Of a DNA stretch of 64,000 nt, positions 1-11,209 are shown in pieces. A model generated the notes under the pieces. That model had not been told where the DNA came from. It did no database searches and saw only the letters and a program-made list of their open reading frames with translations. This stretch comes from an uncultured Acidobacteriota bacterium (GTDB taxonomy: Bacteria; Acidobacteriota; Terriglobia; Terriglobales; Acidobacteriaceae), in the NCBI GenBank assembly GCA_963807095.1, contig CAWEAF010000005.1, positions 13,681 to 77,680 on the forward strand, in the 5' to 3' direction. The position numbers were made by a program, and so were the translations under genes. Positions within the stretch are counted from its first letter, which is position 1; each line of letters opens with the position of its first letter.

Positions 1-1
1 T

Positions 2-1141
2 CTGATTCCTACTTCAAAACTGAACCGCGTCCTGAAACTTACAACTGGAACTGCGGCACTCGGAGTGATGCTCACACTCGCCGGCTGCTCTGGCGAACAA
101 AAAATAGTCAGTGCGGCGCCCGAGACCGTAAGTAACGTTTCCGTGGTCTCCGCGCGGGCAGCGACTGTCCCCGATTTGATCGAAGCGGTGGGCAATCTGC
201 GCGCTGCCCAGACCAGCCAACTCGCTGCGCAGATGATGGGCACCCTCGTCGAGGTCAGGGCTCGCGAAGGCGACCGCGTGCAGCGTGGACAAGTGCTGGC
301 GGTCATTGATGAGGCCCAGCCCCGCGCCGCCCTGGACCGGGCTACGGCGGCCGACTTCGCGGCCCAGCAGGAGATCAGAGCCTCCGACTCCGATTTCGCC
401 CTTTCGGAGTCCACATTCAAGCGCTACCAGACTCTCTACGACAAGAAGTCCGTCAGTCCTCAGGAATTTGACGAGATCCGGGCCCGCTACCAGGCGGCAC
501 AGGCGCGGCGCGAGATGGCTCATGCCGGCCAGGCCCAGGCCAATGCCGCGCTCCAGCAGGCTCGCACCGCTCTCGGATACACCCACATCGTGGCTCCATT
601 CGATGGTCTCGTCACCGAAAAGAAAGCTGACGTCGGCACGCTGGCCAGTCCCGGCATGCCGATCTTCACCGTCGAGGATTTGCACCGCTATCGTCTCGAA
701 GCCACCGTGAACGAAACTGATCTCCGCTACGTGCGCCTGGGCCAACAGGCACCGATTTTTGTGGATTCAATCGGCGACCGCCAGCTTAGAGGAAAAGTAG
801 TCGAGATCGTTCCCGCCGCCGACCCGGCTAGCCGCAGTTTCCTGGTGAAAATCGAGGTGCCGTCCGATCCGGCACTGCGCTCAGGCCTCTTTGGCCGGGC
901 GGAGTTCACTCGCGGAGAGCGCCCGGCTTTACTCGTCCCCCGCAGTGCGGTTGTAGAGCGCGGCCAACTCCAGGGCATTTACGTGCTTGATCAAAACAGG
1001 ATCGCCGGCTTGCGTTACATCACAGTCGGCCACGCGTCAGCGACGCAGGCGGAGGTGCTGGCGGGCGTTCAAGCGGGAGAAATGCTGGTCGCCGATCCCG
1101 GTACCCGCGAACTCACTGGCAAGAAGGTCGAGTCCCGCTAG
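2..1141 (+). CDS. Efflux RND transporter periplasmic adaptor (membrane fusion protein, HlyD/AcrA-like); the true start is probably left of the window
   Basis: ORF 65..1141. The frame stays open back to nt 2 (..KLNRVLKLTTGTAALGVMLTLAGCSG), which reads as a lipoprotein signal with lipobox LAGC. It has an alanine/glutamine-rich coiled-coil hairpin (AQARREMAHAGQAQANAALQQART). It ends 10 nt before the RND pump gene. Confidence 0.85.
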   Translation: MIPTSKLNRVLKLTTGTAALGVMLTLAGCSGEQKIVSAAPETVSNVSVVSARAATVPDLIEAVGNLRAAQTSQLAAQMMGTLVEVRAREGDRVQRGQVLAVIDEAQPRAALDRATAADFAAQQEIRASDSDFALSESTFKRYQTLYDKKSVSPQEFDEIRARYQAAQARREMAHAGQAQANAALQQARTALGYTHIVAPFDGLVTEKKADVGTLASPGMPIFTVEDLHRYRLEATVNETDLRYVRLGQQAPIFVDSIGDRQLRGKVVEIVPAADPASRSFLVKIEVPSDPALRSGLFGRAEFTRGERPALLVPRSAVVERGQLQGIYVLDQNRIAGLRYITVGHASATQAEVLAGVQAGEMLVADPGTRELTGKKVESR

Positions 1142-1150
1142 GACAATCGT

Positions 1151-4100
1151 ATGAGCGCTCAAAAGAACAATTCGCATCTCGAAAATGGCGCGCATCCTGC
1201 TCTCCGGCTGGCGGGAAAAGTCGCTCATGCCTTCATTGATTCGAAGCTGACTCCGCTGGTCATCGTAGGTGCGCTGTTGCTGGGCGCATTCGCCATTCTC
1301 CAAACGCCTCGGGAAGAGGAGCCTCAGATCGTCGTGCCCATGCTCGACGTCTTCGTCCAGATGCCCGGGGCGTCGTCGCAGGAAGTCGCGCAGCGCGTCA
1401 GCCTGCCAATGGAGAAGCTGCTCCGCGAAGTGCCGGGGGTCGAATACATCTACTCGATCAGCCATCCCGGCATGAGCATGCTGATCGTGCGCTTCTATGT
1501 CGGAACGAAAGAAGAAGATGCGATCATTCAAACCTACAACAAGCTCTATTCAAATTTCGATCGCATTCCGCCCGGAGTATCACCGCCAGTCATCAAAGTC
1601 CGCTCCATCGACAATGTGCCGATCATGGCACTCACGCTTTGGGGCAAGGATTACGATTCCTACCGCCTGCGTCGCATTGCCGGCGAGTTGGAGAACTCGC
1701 TCAAGAAGCTGAACGATATCTCGGAGACGGCAATCATTGGGGGCCAGCCTCGGCAAGTGCGGGTCGTGCTTGATACCCAGAGGCTTGCCGCCTACGGCCT
1801 TACCCCCGGCGCGGTCGTGGCTCAGCTACAGAGTGCCAACAGCCGGGGACAAGCCGGCAGCTTTGCCCGCGACAACCGCGAATTTCAGGTGGAAGCCGGA
1901 TTGTTCTTCACCCGTGCCGAAGATCTCCGTCAAGTTGTGCTCGGAGTTCATGCGGGACGTCCCGTATATCTGCGTGATGTGGTTGAGAAACTCGAAGACG
2001 GCCCCGCTGAACCCGACAGCTACGTTTTGTACGCCAACGCGAAGGGAGCCACCGGCCAGGTATCGAATCCCGAATATCCTGCCGTAACCATCACCCTCGC
2101 CAAGCGCAAAGGGACGAACGCGAGTGTCATCGCCGAGAATGTTCTCCAAAACGTGGACGCATTGCGCGGCTACATGCTGCCGCAAGACTTGGACATCACG
2201 GTGACGCGCAACTACGGCGAGACCGCCAAGGACAAGTCCGATGAACTGCTGAAGCACCTGCTCATCGCGACTCTCTCAGTGACTCTGCTGATTGCACTCG
2301 CATTAGGGTTCCGCGAGTCGGGAGTAGTCCTGCTGGCGGTTCCAGTCACTTTGGCACTCACCCTGGCAATCTTCTACGTCTTTGGATACACGCTGAATCG
2401 CGTGACGTTATTCGCTCTAATCTTTTCCATCGGCATCCTCGTCGACGACGCGATTGTCGTGGTTGAAAACATTGTTCGGCACTTCCGTCTCCCCGGAAGC
2501 CGTGGGCGCTCGTTGGTGGATGTTGCGGTCGAGGCCGTAGATGAGGTGGGCAATCCCACCATTCTCGCCACCTTCGCGGTGATCGCCGCCATTCTTCCGA
2601 TGGCCTTTGTGCGTGGGCTGATGGGACCGTATATGCGCCCGATCCCGGTCGGCGCTTCCGCCGCCATGGTGTTCTCCTTGATCGTGGCGTTCGTAGTCTC
2701 GCCTTGGGCAGCACTCAGGCTGCTCCGGCATTATGCCGGGGACAGCGCCCATGCTCATCACGAAGCCGAAGGCTGGACCACACGCTTCTACCGCAAGGTC
2801 ATGAACCCGCTGATCCTCAACGCAACGAGGAGATGGATTTTTCTCGGCGGTGTGGTCGTCCTGCTGCTGGCGGCTGTGGCCTTCGTTCCGCTGAAATGGG
2901 TGCGGGTGAAGATGTTGCCGTTCGACAACAAGAGCGAATTCCAGGTTATCGTCGACATGCCCGACGGAACGCCGCTCGAACAGACCACGCGCGTCGCCCA
3001 GACCCTGGGGAATTATCTGTCACAGCAGCCGGAAGTTACCAACTACCAGATCTACGCGGGCACGTCTGGCCCGTACAACTTCAACGGTCTGGTGCGGCAC
3101 TACTTCCTACGCCGTCAGCCGAATCAAGCTGATATCCAGGTGAATCTGTTGTCGCGTCACGACCGCAAAGCGCAGAGCCACGAAATCGCGCGCCGCTTGC
3201 GGCCCGAGCTGGTCAAATTAGCGGTGCCGTTCGGCGCCCGCATCAAAGTTGCTGAGGTTCCGCCGGGGCCTCCCGTTCTGCAAACCCTCGTCGCGGAAGT
3301 CTACGGCCCCGATTACAAAGGACAGATACAGCTTGCGGGCCAGATCAAGCAGGTCTTTCAACAAACGCCCGGAGTGGTCGATGTCGATTGGTACGTGGAA
3401 GATCCTCAGACGAAGTACGACCTGAAAGTCGACCTCGACAAAGCATCCCTGCACGGGATTTCTGCCGCTGAGGTGACGCGGACTCTGCAGATTGGACTTG
3501 GCGGCGCAGATGCCGGACTGCTCCACGACGCGCATTCGCGGGAAGATGTCCCCATCCAGGTCCGTTTATCCCGCGCCGATCGCTCAGGAATTCAGAATCT
3601 CGAAAATCTCAAGCTGCCTACTCCTTCCGGCGGTCAGATTGCCTTGCAGGAAGTCACGAACCTGAGTCAGTCGACGATCGATACCAGCGTCTATCGCAAA
3701 AACCTGCAGCCGGTTGTCTACGTGACAGGGGATGTGGCCGGAGAAGAAGAAAGCCCGGTCTATGCGATTGGAAAGATGAGTGACGCGATTGCCAAGATCA
3801 AGTTGCCGGACGGCTACAGCGTCAAGCAGTACAAGGGCACTACGATGCCTGAACGCACCGACCACTACTCCATGAAATGGGATGGCGAGTGGCACATCAC
3901 CGTCGAGGTATTTCGCGATCTTGGCCTGGCCTTCGCGGCGGTGCTCGTTCTCATATACGTGCTGGTCGTGGGATGGTTCAAGAGCTTCAGGACTCCGCTA
4001 GTGATCATGGCTCCGATTCCATTGACGCTGGTCGGCATCCTGCCTGCTCACTCGCTGATGGGCGCATTTTTTACCGCAACCTCGATGATCGGCTTCATCG

Positions 4101-4456
4101 CCGGAGCGGGAATCATCGTGCGCAACTCGATCATCCTCGTCGACTTCATCGAACTGCGGCGGGCGCAGGGAATGTCCTTGGAGGACGCAGTCGTGGACGC
4201 CGGGGCGGTACGTTTCCGTCCGATGCTGCTAACCGCCGCCGCCGTCGTAGTCGGCGCTAGCGTGATTCTCTTCGACCCGATTTTCCAGGGTCTCGCGTTA
4301 TCGCTCATGGCTGGCGAGGTTGCTTCCACCGTTCTTTCGCGGATGGCAGTGCCCGTTCTCTATTACATGTCGGAAAGAAGAGATTTGCCGCCGTCACACA
4401 CGCATTCTCCCGAAAATATCGCGGAGTGCGAGACACCGGAATGCGCGGTTCAATAG
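1151..4456 (+). CDS. RND efflux permease (AcrB/AcrD/AcrF superfamily)
   Basis: Intact 1101-aa ORF directly after the adaptor. It has the typical N-terminus ([23 protein letters not shown]), two large periplasmic loops and repeated TM bundles ([28 protein letters not shown]). Confidence 0.9.
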   Translation: MSAQKNNSHLENGAHPALRLAGKVAHAFIDSKLTPLVIVGALLLGAFAILQTPREEEPQIVVPMLDVFVQMPGASSQEVAQRVSLPMEKLLREVPGVEYIYSISHPGMSMLIVRFYVGTKEEDAIIQTYNKLYSNFDRIPPGVSPPVIKVRSIDNVPIMALTLWGKDYDSYRLRRIAGELENSLKKLNDISETAIIGGQPRQVRVVLDTQRLAAYGLTPGAVVAQLQSANSRGQAGSFARDNREFQVEAGLFFTRAEDLRQVVLGVHAGRPVYLRDVVEKLEDGPAEPDSYVLYANAKGATGQVSNPEYPAVTITLAKRKGTNASVIAENVLQNVDALRGYMLPQDLDITVTRNYGETAKDKSDELLKHLLIATLSVTLLIALALGFRESGVVLLAVPVTLALTLAIFYVFGYTLNRVTLFALIFSIGILVDDAIVVVENIVRHFRLPGSRGRSLVDVAVEAVDEVGNPTILATFAVIAAILPMAFVRGLMGPYMRPIPVGASAAMVFSLIVAFVVSPWAALRLLRHYAGDSAHAHHEAEGWTTRFYRKVMNPLILNATRRWIFLGGVVVLLLAAVAFVPLKWVRVKMLPFDNKSEFQVIVDMPDGTPLEQTTRVAQTLGNYLSQQPEVTNYQIYAGTSGPYNFNGLVRHYFLRRQPNQADIQVNLLSRHDRKAQSHEIARRLRPELVKLAVPFGARIKVAEVPPGPPVLQTLVAEVYGPDYKGQIQLAGQIKQVFQQTPGVVDVDWYVEDPQTKYDLKVDLDKASLHGISAAEVTRTLQIGLGGADAGLLHDAHSREDVPIQVRLSRADRSGIQNLENLKLPTPSGGQIALQEVTNLSQSTIDTSVYRKNLQPVVYVTGDVAGEEESPVYAIGKMSDAIAKIKLPDGYSVKQYKGTTMPERTDHYSMKWDGEWHITVEVFRDLGLAFAAVLVLIYVLVVGWFKSFRTPLVIMAPIPLTLVGILPAHSLMGAFFTATSMIGFIAGAGIIVRNSIILVDFIELRRAQGMSLEDAVVDAGAVRFRPMLLTAAAVVVGASVILFDPIFQGLALSLMAGEVASTVLSRMAVPVLYYMSERRDLPPSHTHSPENIAECETPECAVQ

Positions 4457-4491
4457 AACACGATTACATCGTTAAAAAGGAGATGACAATT

Positions 4492-4692
4492 ATGACCGTA
4501 GAACGTGGCCTTCGACTGATGGCTGGAGTCTTTATCCTGCTCTCGCTCGCCTTGGGACACTGGGTACATCCGTACTGGTACCTGTTCACTGCTTTTGTGG
4601 GGCTGAATCTGTTCCAGTCGGGAATCACCAACTGGTGTCCCGCAATGTACCTGCTCAGGAAACTGGGTCTGCGGGCGACGGAATCGCTGTAA
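4492..4692 (+). CDS. DUF2892/YgaP-like small inner-membrane protein
   Basis: An AAGGAG RBS lies 9 nt upstream of the ATG at 4492 (alternative ATG at 4483). It has two TM helices and the family-typical motif FVGLNLFQSGITNWCPAMYLL. Confidence 0.55.
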   Translation: MTVERGLRLMAGVFILLSLALGHWVHPYWYLFTAFVGLNLFQSGITNWCPAMYLLRKLGLRATESL

Positions 4693-4736
4693 CGAAATGT
4701 GGGATTCCGGCATTTACTGTTCAGAGGACGCGAACC

Positions 4737-5159
4737 ATGCTGCGAATCCTGGTTTTCGAAGAACCAACCTCTGTGAAATTGCGCTTGGAGGGTAGCCTCA
4801 CCGCTCAAACCGTGCCTGTGCTCACTCAGCGCTGGGCAGAAGTTCGGAGCAGGCTCAACGATCGCAAGGCCATACTCGATCTCGGTGACGTAGTGGAAGT
4901 CGATGAAGCGGGAAGGCGCACGCTCGTTTGGCTGGCCCAATCAGGAGCCAGACTGGGATACGCGCACCCGAATGTGCGATCCTTCGTAGAGACCGTTGCC
5001 TGCGATGCTCCGGGGATTCCGCACTTTACTGCTGGCCTTTGGAAGCGTCTGCACTTGGCAGGCTGTGACCGGCGTTGGGATTCCCCTTATCGCTTCTGCC
5101 GCCTTATCTGCGCGTTACTGCCGTCCAGCTTTCGCCCGTGCGGCTGCCGGACAGAATAA
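4737..5159 (+). CDS. Hypothetical protein, possibly with an N-terminal STAS-like fold
   Basis: The ATG at 4737 starts MLRILVFEEPTSVKLRLEGSLTAQTVPVLTQRW..LDLGDVVEVDEAGRRTL, which resembles the anti-sigma-antagonist/STAS pattern. The C-terminal half is Cys/Arg-rich and may be out of frame. Confidence 0.3.
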   Translation: MLRILVFEEPTSVKLRLEGSLTAQTVPVLTQRWAEVRSRLNDRKAILDLGDVVEVDEAGRRTLVWLAQSGARLGYAHPNVRSFVETVACDAPGIPHFTAGLWKRLHLAGCDRRWDSPYRFCRLICALLPSSFRPCGCRTE

Positions 5160-5243
5160 GGCCATTCCATGCTTGACCGTACATTCCCGAATGTACGTCT
5201 GCGATTTCGCCGCTCGCGACCGACCGGCCGCATACTATCTTGC

Positions 5244-5423
5244 TCAAGTAAATCCGCGGGATCCGCCAGTACCGCATCCGCCGGACGCGAATGTGGAGAA
5301 TTGTCGCTCCACTTCGGTGGCATGACATTTTGGGCATTCCACGTCGCTGTCGGCGTCCTTAATCCGGCGAAGCAACTCAAAGACCTTGCCGCAACTCCGG
5401 CACCGATATTCGTAAAGAGGCAT
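5244..5423 (-). CDS. FmdB-family zinc-ribbon protein (59 aa; below the ORF-track cutoff)
   Basis: Manual translation gives MPLYEYRCRSCGKVFELLRRIKDADSDVECPKCHATEVERQFSTFASGGCGTGGSRGFT*. It has the canonical YEYxCxxCG ... CPxC arrangement. Confidence 0.75.
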   Translation of the reverse strand: MPLYEYRCRSCGKVFELLRRIKDADSDVECPKCHATEVERQFSTFASGGCGTGGSRGFT

Positions 5424-5483
5424 TTGGGAATCCTACCTGATCAAGGGTCTTCCAATCACCGAGCTGCCCGCCCTGCCCGGTTT

Positions 5484-5936
5484 CTATGCTGGCGTGACCG
5501 CTGCATTTAGCACGATGCGTGGATCCAGAATAATCTCACTATTCAGGGAGCGTGAGACCAGGCAGGCCCTTTCCGCCTTCTCCAGAAGCCGCAGGCCACG
5601 CTCGCGATCTCCTTCTTTCTGAACCGTCAATACCGGCCGCACCGTTACGCGCGTGAACCTGTATCCGCCCTCCCTTTTTTCCACCTGGCCGTCCACCGAA
5701 ACCTCTAAGCCGGCTGCCGCGAACTTCGAGAACACAGCGATCGCCTGGAATGTCGTTACAAAACACGTCGCCACAGCTGAAGTGAAAAAGTGCTCCGGGG
5801 TCCACACCCCGGCTTCACCTTGAAACTCCAAAGGAGCCGAGAAGCGAATGGGCGGCTCGACTCCAAGTCCCGCAGCGATGCCGTTACGGGCAGTTGTCCA
5901 ACGAGCGGATGATACGAAATTAAGGCTATTCTCCAT
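5484..5936 (-). CDS. OsmC/Ohr family protein (peroxiredoxin-like)
   Basis: From the ATG at 5936: MENSLNF..PEHFFTSAVATCFVTTFQAIA..KAERACLVSRSL. The two conserved Cys contexts match the OsmC family. Confidence 0.8.
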   Translation of the reverse strand: MENSLNFVSSARWTTARNGIAAGLGVEPPIRFSAPLEFQGEAGVWTPEHFFTSAVATCFVTTFQAIAVFSKFAAAGLEVSVDGQVEKREGGYRFTRVTVRPVLTVQKEGDRERGLRLLEKAERACLVSRSLNSEIILDPRIVLNAAVTPA

Positions 5937-6030
5937 GGCGATACATCCTTCTTTAGTAAGAAATGCTTTTGATTCCGAAACTGTTACAGGTGCCCTTACC
6001 CGTTTTGAAAACGGGCTAACGCCTCCACGG

Positions 6031-6525
6031 TCAGACCACGTGCCTGGCGATCCAGTGGCCGACGCCTCTGCTGACCGCGATGATGGCCACAGCAACGCTA
6101 AGATGTTTCACTATTTCTGACATGACACTCACCCGGCGATAGCGAGCCAGAATGCAAGTCAGGGCCGCGAGTAGCGACATTCCCCATGCCATACCCCACA
6201 GGACTGCGAGATGCTTCGGAAGCAGCGCGACGATTAGCACAAAGCTAAGACATACAAAAAGGCGTGTCCCGAAATTCGTCAGCGTCCCCACAAATGCATC
6301 TTTTTGCTCAAAACGTTCTGACTCCTGGTACATGTGAACGCTCAGGGAATCAGTAAGGTTGTCGGCGACGGCCGCGATCAATAGGGCACTGACCAGGCTG
6401 GCCTTTCCTGCGTTAGCGGCCTCGAGGCCGGCAATCAACGCCATGCTGGTTACGATTGCAGCGGTCGCGCCAAAGCTGATCCTGCTTGGCCGAATCATCT
6501 CTCCTAATGTAACTTGATGCCCCAC
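6031..6525 (-). CDS. VIT1/CCC1-like (DUF125) membrane protein, putative Fe/Mn transporter
   Basis: Polytopic 164-aa ORF with FGATAAIVTSMALIAGL and AVADNLTDSLS motifs resembling the VIT family TM core. The start codon is uncertain (GTG at 6525). Confidence 0.5.
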   Translation of the reverse strand: MGHQVTLGEMIRPSRISFGATAAIVTSMALIAGLEAANAGKASLVSALLIAAVADNLTDSLSVHMYQESERFEQKDAFVGTLTNFGTRLFVCLSFVLIVALLPKHLAVLWGMAWGMSLLAALTCILARYRRVSVMSEIVKHLSVAVAIIAVSRGVGHWIARHVV

Positions 6526-6783
6526 GCATCGTCGTGATCCTGGTCACTTGCCCACGTTCGAATCGGACGGGGATTTGTGTGGACAAACCGTGATCGTCGC
6601 CGAGATCAGAGCCAGACCTGGTGCGATCAGACCACTGGGTCTTTCCGCGCAAAGGTCCTCAAGCGGTTGTGACCGCGTTCACAGGCAAATGTGACTGATG
6701 TCGTTGAGGATGTTTCTGCTCACTGTAAAAATAACAAAGTATCCGACCCTAACCCACCATTGTTGATCCCTGAGGAGGCGTTC

Positions 6784-7853
6784 ATGTCAGGTTCCCGTTC
6801 ACGCCATTTCATCTGGTTCGCTCTGCTGATCACACTCATCCTCATCCCTGTTACCTATCTCGTATCGGCTTCCGGCAAGAAGGTGGTCGTAAACGACGAG
6901 GCCCTGAAGCTCTACACTCCGCTTCCGGCGATGATGAGTTCACCCGGCAATCCTGTGACCGACGCCAAAGTAACGCTCGGACGGATCCTCTATTACGATC
7001 CTCGCCTGTCGGCCAACCAGAAGATTTCCTGCAATACCTGCCACCCACTCGATGCGTACGGCGCCGAATCCAAGCCTGTGTCAACCGGCTTCAAGAGCCA
7101 GAAAGGGAACCGCAATGCGCCCACCGTGTACAACGCCGCGGGGCACTTTGTGCAGTTCTGGGATGGCCGCGCTCCCAGCGTCGAGGAGCAGGCGAAAGGA
7201 CCCATCACGAACCCGATCGAGATGGCCATGCCATCCCATGCCGCTGCCGTGCAAGTGATCCAGTCCATGCCGGAGTACGTGGTGCTTTTCGAGGGGGCCT
7301 TTCCGCAAGAGAAAGATCCCATTAACTACGACAATATGGCGCTGGCGATTGGTGCATTCGAGCGAGGCCTGGTGACTCCGTCCCGTTGGGATGCCTTCCT
7401 CGAGGGTGACCATCGGCCCTGTCCGACCCTGAGAAGGCGGGCTTCAACACATTTGCCGCCACCGGCTGCCAATGGTGCCACGCCGGTCCATATGTGGGCG
7501 GATCGGCGTATCAGAAGCTAGGGGTCGTCAAACCTTGGCCCAACCAATCCGACCAGGGAGTCTACCAGCTGACCAAGGACGACATGGACAAGATGGTCTT
7601 CAAGGTGCCCTCGCTGCGCAATATCAGGAAGACGGCACCCTACTTCCATGATGGCTCGACCGCGGCTCTGAGCCAGGCGATCCGCAATATGGCAGTCCAC
7701 CAGCGTGGAGTGACTCTCACCGACACCCAGGTAAAGTCGATTGAAACCTGGATGGATTCGCTGACGGGAGATCCCGGTGAGTTACATCACGCCTCCGCAG
7801 CTGCCGAAGAGCACGTCGCAGACTCCACAGCCTATCGGCGAGTGACAACCTGA
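6784..7853 (+). pseudogene. Di-haem cytochrome c peroxidase (CcpA/MauG family), interrupted by two 1-nt frameshifts
   Basis: GAGGAGG RBS followed by the ATG at 6784, then a signal anchor. Haem 1 is CNTCHP, followed by FWDGRAPSVEEQAKGPITNPIEMAMP. The frame breaks near 7413. The continuation in another frame is ALSDPEKAGFNTFAATGCQWCHAGPYVGGSAYQKLG, which carries haem 2. A second break near 7768 restores a typical tail (EIPVSYITPPQLPKSTSQTPQPIGE*, stop 7843-7845). Confidence 0.85.
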
Positions 7854-7864
7854 GATTGGCGCTT

Positions 7865-7889
7865 GGGCCGGGCAACGGATTCCCGGCCC
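7865..7889 (+). terminator. GC-rich hairpin after the peroxidase gene
   Basis: gggccggg-caacggatt-cccggccc: an 8-bp perfect stem located 12 nt after the ORF end. There is no clear U-tract. Confidence 0.35.
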
Positions 7890-8049
7890 GACTGCTTTAG
7901 GGATGGTTGGAAAATCGGGGGAGGCGGGAGTCTGTTCTTCGTTTCTGCTGCAATGCCTGCTGCTTGAATGCCAGTTAATCCGAACGTCGGGATGAAGTTG
8001 AACTGCGGAATTCTGGGAGGGGATCAGATCACAAGCCGACGGCCGTTCT

Positions 8050-8379
8050 TCACTTGAGCACGAAGCACGCGCGGATCAGGGCACAAGCTTCTTTCACCTC
8101 AGGGAGCGCGAGGTAACAATGAACTTGTTTTCCGGTTCGACGCGTCTGGACCACGCCCGCCGCTCTCAATACTGCTAGGTGCTGGGAAAGGTTGGCTTCT
8201 GACACGCCTAAGCGCCGACGAAGTTCGGAGACGGGGCGTTCGCCATCGGCGATCAAATCGAGGATCTTCAGGCGGACGGGATTCGCAAAGGCCTTGCAGA
8301 TTCCTGCCCGTCTCTCATAGAGTTCCTCGTCCATCGAGCGCTGCCCGTTGCGAGCTTTCATTTTTCGCGCCTTGGTCAA
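8050..8379 (-). CDS. ArsR/SmtB family transcriptional regulator (intact)
   Basis: CKAFANPVRLKILDLIADGERPVSELRRRLGVSEANLSQHLAVLRAAGVV is a canonical winged-HTH ArsR signature. It is the last gene of the minus-strand cytochrome operon. Confidence 0.85.
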   Translation of the reverse strand: MTKARKMKARNGQRSMDEELYERRAGICKAFANPVRLKILDLIADGERPVSELRRRLGVSEANLSQHLAVLRAAGVVQTRRTGKQVHCYLALPEVKEACALIRACFVLK

Positions 8380-8397
8380 TAGGCCTCCTCATGGCAC

Positions 8398-9001
8398 TCA
8401 TTCCACATCAACATGATAGCCCGTAAGCATTGCGCGAAGAAGACTTCCCGGAGTGGGGCCAGTAGTTGACAGGTAAATGTGGCCAATCAAAAATGCCAGA
8501 AACAGATAACTCCCGAGAGTATGCGCTGGGCCAAGAACCCAGAGTCCTCCAATCCGCGAGAAGAGTCCCGGCCAGCGATCCGCACCCCACATCAGGACGC
8601 CAGTGACAATCTGAAATGGCAGCAAGAACGTTCAGCAGCAGCAGGTATGTGATCTTTTGCAGGGGGTTCAGTTTGCGCCGAGGATCGGCGTCGAACGGGT
8701 GCTTCTCTCCTTTAAAGATGCCATAGAAATAAAAACGCGCCTGACGAATGGCCGCCCCGGTGAAGTCGTCCATGCGGGGCAGGAAATGATGATACTTTTC
8801 CGCCGTCACGTGGTAGAAGATCCCGAGGAAAGCATTGAAGATCAGCGCAAATCCGATCCAGGAATGCCAGCGAACTGCGTTGGCCATGGAACCGAATATT
8901 CCGAACCGATCGGGATAATGAATGGCCATGCCGGTGAGGATGAGGCCGATCATCCCGAGCGCCTGGAGCCAGTGCCATATGCGCTCGTGAAGTGAGTACA
9001 A
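8398..9001 (-). pseudogene. Membrane b-type cytochrome (prokaryotic cytochrome b561 / Ni-Fe-hydrogenase cytochrome b-like), frameshifted
   Basis: N-terminal part: YSLHERIWHWLQALGMIGLILTGMAIHYP..WHSWIGFALIFNAFLGIFYH (ORF 8408..9001). The C-terminal part is in another frame: LPFQIVTGVLMWG..HTLGSYLFLAFLIGHIYL (ORF 8398..8625). The break is near 8625-8640. The start is either TTG 9001, or ATG 9020 (ATGA overlap with the upstream stop) plus another shift. Confidence 0.7.
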
Positions 9002-9016
9002 AGGCGATGTGTGAAT

Positions 9017-11157
9017 TCATAAGCGTCCACCTAAAAGGCGCAGATGCGCCATGTAGCAGACTGAACAAGACTGCCCCAGCAACGCACAGCCAGCCGAGCC
9101 ACTCCACCCACGCGGCTCTGCTATAGCCGACGATGTAAAACGAACTCAGCAGACTCCGGTTGTCGAAAGAGGGTTCCTTCGTCGTGAAGTTCACAACATT
9201 GACGTTCTTTCCGCGATAGATGACCGGCACCCCTCTGGGAAGTGATGTATTCAGATCGACGGGGCGGGCGAGAATGCTGTTTTTCCCATGACAGGCCACG
9301 CAGTCGCGAATCGCCTGCTGCTTGCCCACAATGCCATGACGTCATCGCCCAGGGCACAACTTCAATTCGCAAGCTCGGGGTCGCGCGACGCCGGAATATT
9401 TCTGCAGCAGTCCTTTGACTAGCGCGATCTTTTCCGGCGTGTCATAAACGGCCTGAGGAAGGTCGATGATGCCGTCCTTGTCGGCAAATGCCTTGAGATA
9501 CTCTGGCCGATAAGGAAATTCCCCTTCGGCCGGCTTGCCCGGAGAAAAGGCATTTTGCACCTGCCACGTAAAAACCGGCCTGCCTTTGCTCTTGTCGAAC
9601 CAGTAGACGCCGGTGATCAGGTTCGTTGGCCGTATCTGCTGGATTGCCATTCTTGTCGACCGTGGGGATGTAGGCGGGCAGATAGCCTGTCTACCTCTGA
9701 TTCCGGGATCCACAATGGAACCCTCAATGCCGCGATACGTGATGCGACTGCCGCCGGTGTCCATGACAAAACCCCAGTCGTCGCTGCGGTACGCCCAGAA
9801 GTGAACGGCCGGAATGTGGCAGGTCTGGCAGGCGAGGACTGCAGATGCCTGGATTTATAGGGAAGAAAGCGTGTCCCTTTTCCGCATCGTGACAATCACC
9901 GCAGGCCCGCATCGTGTCGTGCCGCGTCAGATTGACAGTTTCCGGAGGAATGTTGCCGCGCGCGAAGTTGTGATCGGGCCGTCGCAGATAGACCGCCAGA
10001 TCTTCCTCTGGGGTTTATAGCGCAGGTTCTTCTTCGGATCTTCTTGAATCATGCGCCCAGGATTATTCACGGAGAAATGACAGTCGATGCAGATCATTCC
10101 CTGCCGCCGCGTGAACGTCCCAGGGGAAATCCATCTTTTCCTTGCCGACAATGTTGGGAGAGACCGTATCGCTGATCTTGGCGCCGTTGTAGATCCAGCC
10201 GGACTTCTCGGTGCCGCGCATGATGTCGGCGTGCTGAATGGGCTGAATGGTGGTCGGTATTTCGTGCCGTGAAGCCATGGCATTGGGCACAGTTCTCAAG
10301 TGTCGGATCGGAGAGGTCGAGGGCCTCCGCCTTCACCGTTCCATCAGCATTGAACGCCGCGCGGTTATAGCTGAATGCCCCGGTCTGTTGGCGAACCACG
10401 ATACCTGTATCCAGCAGGGTTGCATTATTGGCCCAGCGAAAATTTCCCGCCGCCATTTCCTTTTTGCGCTCGCCGCGGCTGGCTTTGGGGACATGACATA
10501 AAAAGCAGTCCGCTTCCGCAATGCCGCTCTTTCTGCCAATCCCAGGCAACGACCTGACCTGTCTCCCGGTCGCGAATGCTGTAGCTCGGATCCAATGGCC
10601 CGCTGGGTTTGGCCTCAGGACTGAGAAAGCGGTGCCCGCGCAGATCGTACTCCGAAATTCCTCCGCCCGTATGGCAGCCGCCGCATTTCGTCAGCCACTC
10701 CGGCTGACTCATATCGGCGTCCGAGGCGTCTTTGAATGTCGGCTTGAGTGAGCTGGCGGTTCGGGATAATCGAGAACTTCCCGAACATTCCTGGGGATGT
10801 ATTGAAGGGGGCGCGCCATGCGACGCCAGCAGACGCCTGGTCCATCTCGTTCTTGCCCTGCTGGAAATGGAAGCTGTTGGCGATGAATTCGTAGTCGTGG
10901 CAATCTCCGCCGCAAGTCTGGCGCGTGCTGATCGGTTTGCCGCTCTTTAGCACGTTCTTTCCGGCCTCGTCTTTCAGAATGATTTGAGGATGCGCCACCT
11001 TAAGCGTCTTTACCGGTACGCCAGGCGCGCTGGCTGCACTGCCGGCCGCTTGACCAAACGACGGCCACTGAGAACAGCGCAGTTCCAATAACTGCACTCA
11101 ATACCAAGCCGGATCTCGCGGAACAGCTCAGCAGGGAAGTCTTTACAATTCAAGCAT
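9017..11157 (-). pseudogene. Octahaem c-type cytochrome with a C-terminal TM anchor, broken into at least 10 frame segments
   Basis: GAGGAGA RBS and ATG at 11157. By manual frame tracing the haem motifs fall in different frames: CGGDCH (CX3CH), CGGCH, CFLCH, CAQCH, CIDCH, CGDCH, CQTCH, CVACH. Fragments are ORFs 10615..11097, 10425..10712, 10094..10549, 10063..10299, 9927..10283, 9724..9912, 9617..9895, 9342..9764, 9121..9372 and 8712..9329. The sequence reads through smoothly at junctions, e.g. RYKP|EEDLAVYLRRPDHNFARGN and HLQ|VLACQTCHIPAVHFW. Confidence 0.8.
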
Positions 11158-11209
11158 ATCTGTTCTCCTCATGCGGAAACTCGCACGCCGGATGCAGGTA
11201 CCGACATGT

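Noticed and set aside
14-745. 243-aa ORF antisense to the RND adaptor gene. The same applies to other long antisense or alternate-frame ORFs: 16302..17408, 32502..33899, 36777..37523, 27278..28015, 26471..27223, 40830..41507, 46749..47579 and 49235..49960.
   Set aside because: These are typical high-GC shadow ORFs. They are Arg/Gly/Ala/Pro-rich, have no motifs, and overlap genes with strong family signatures on the other strand or frame.
6526-6690. Checked the leader of the VIT-like gene for a Mn-sensing yybP-ykoY-type riboswitch.
   Set aside because: I could not recognise the conserved riboswitch core sequences by eye. No call is possible without a covariance-model scan.
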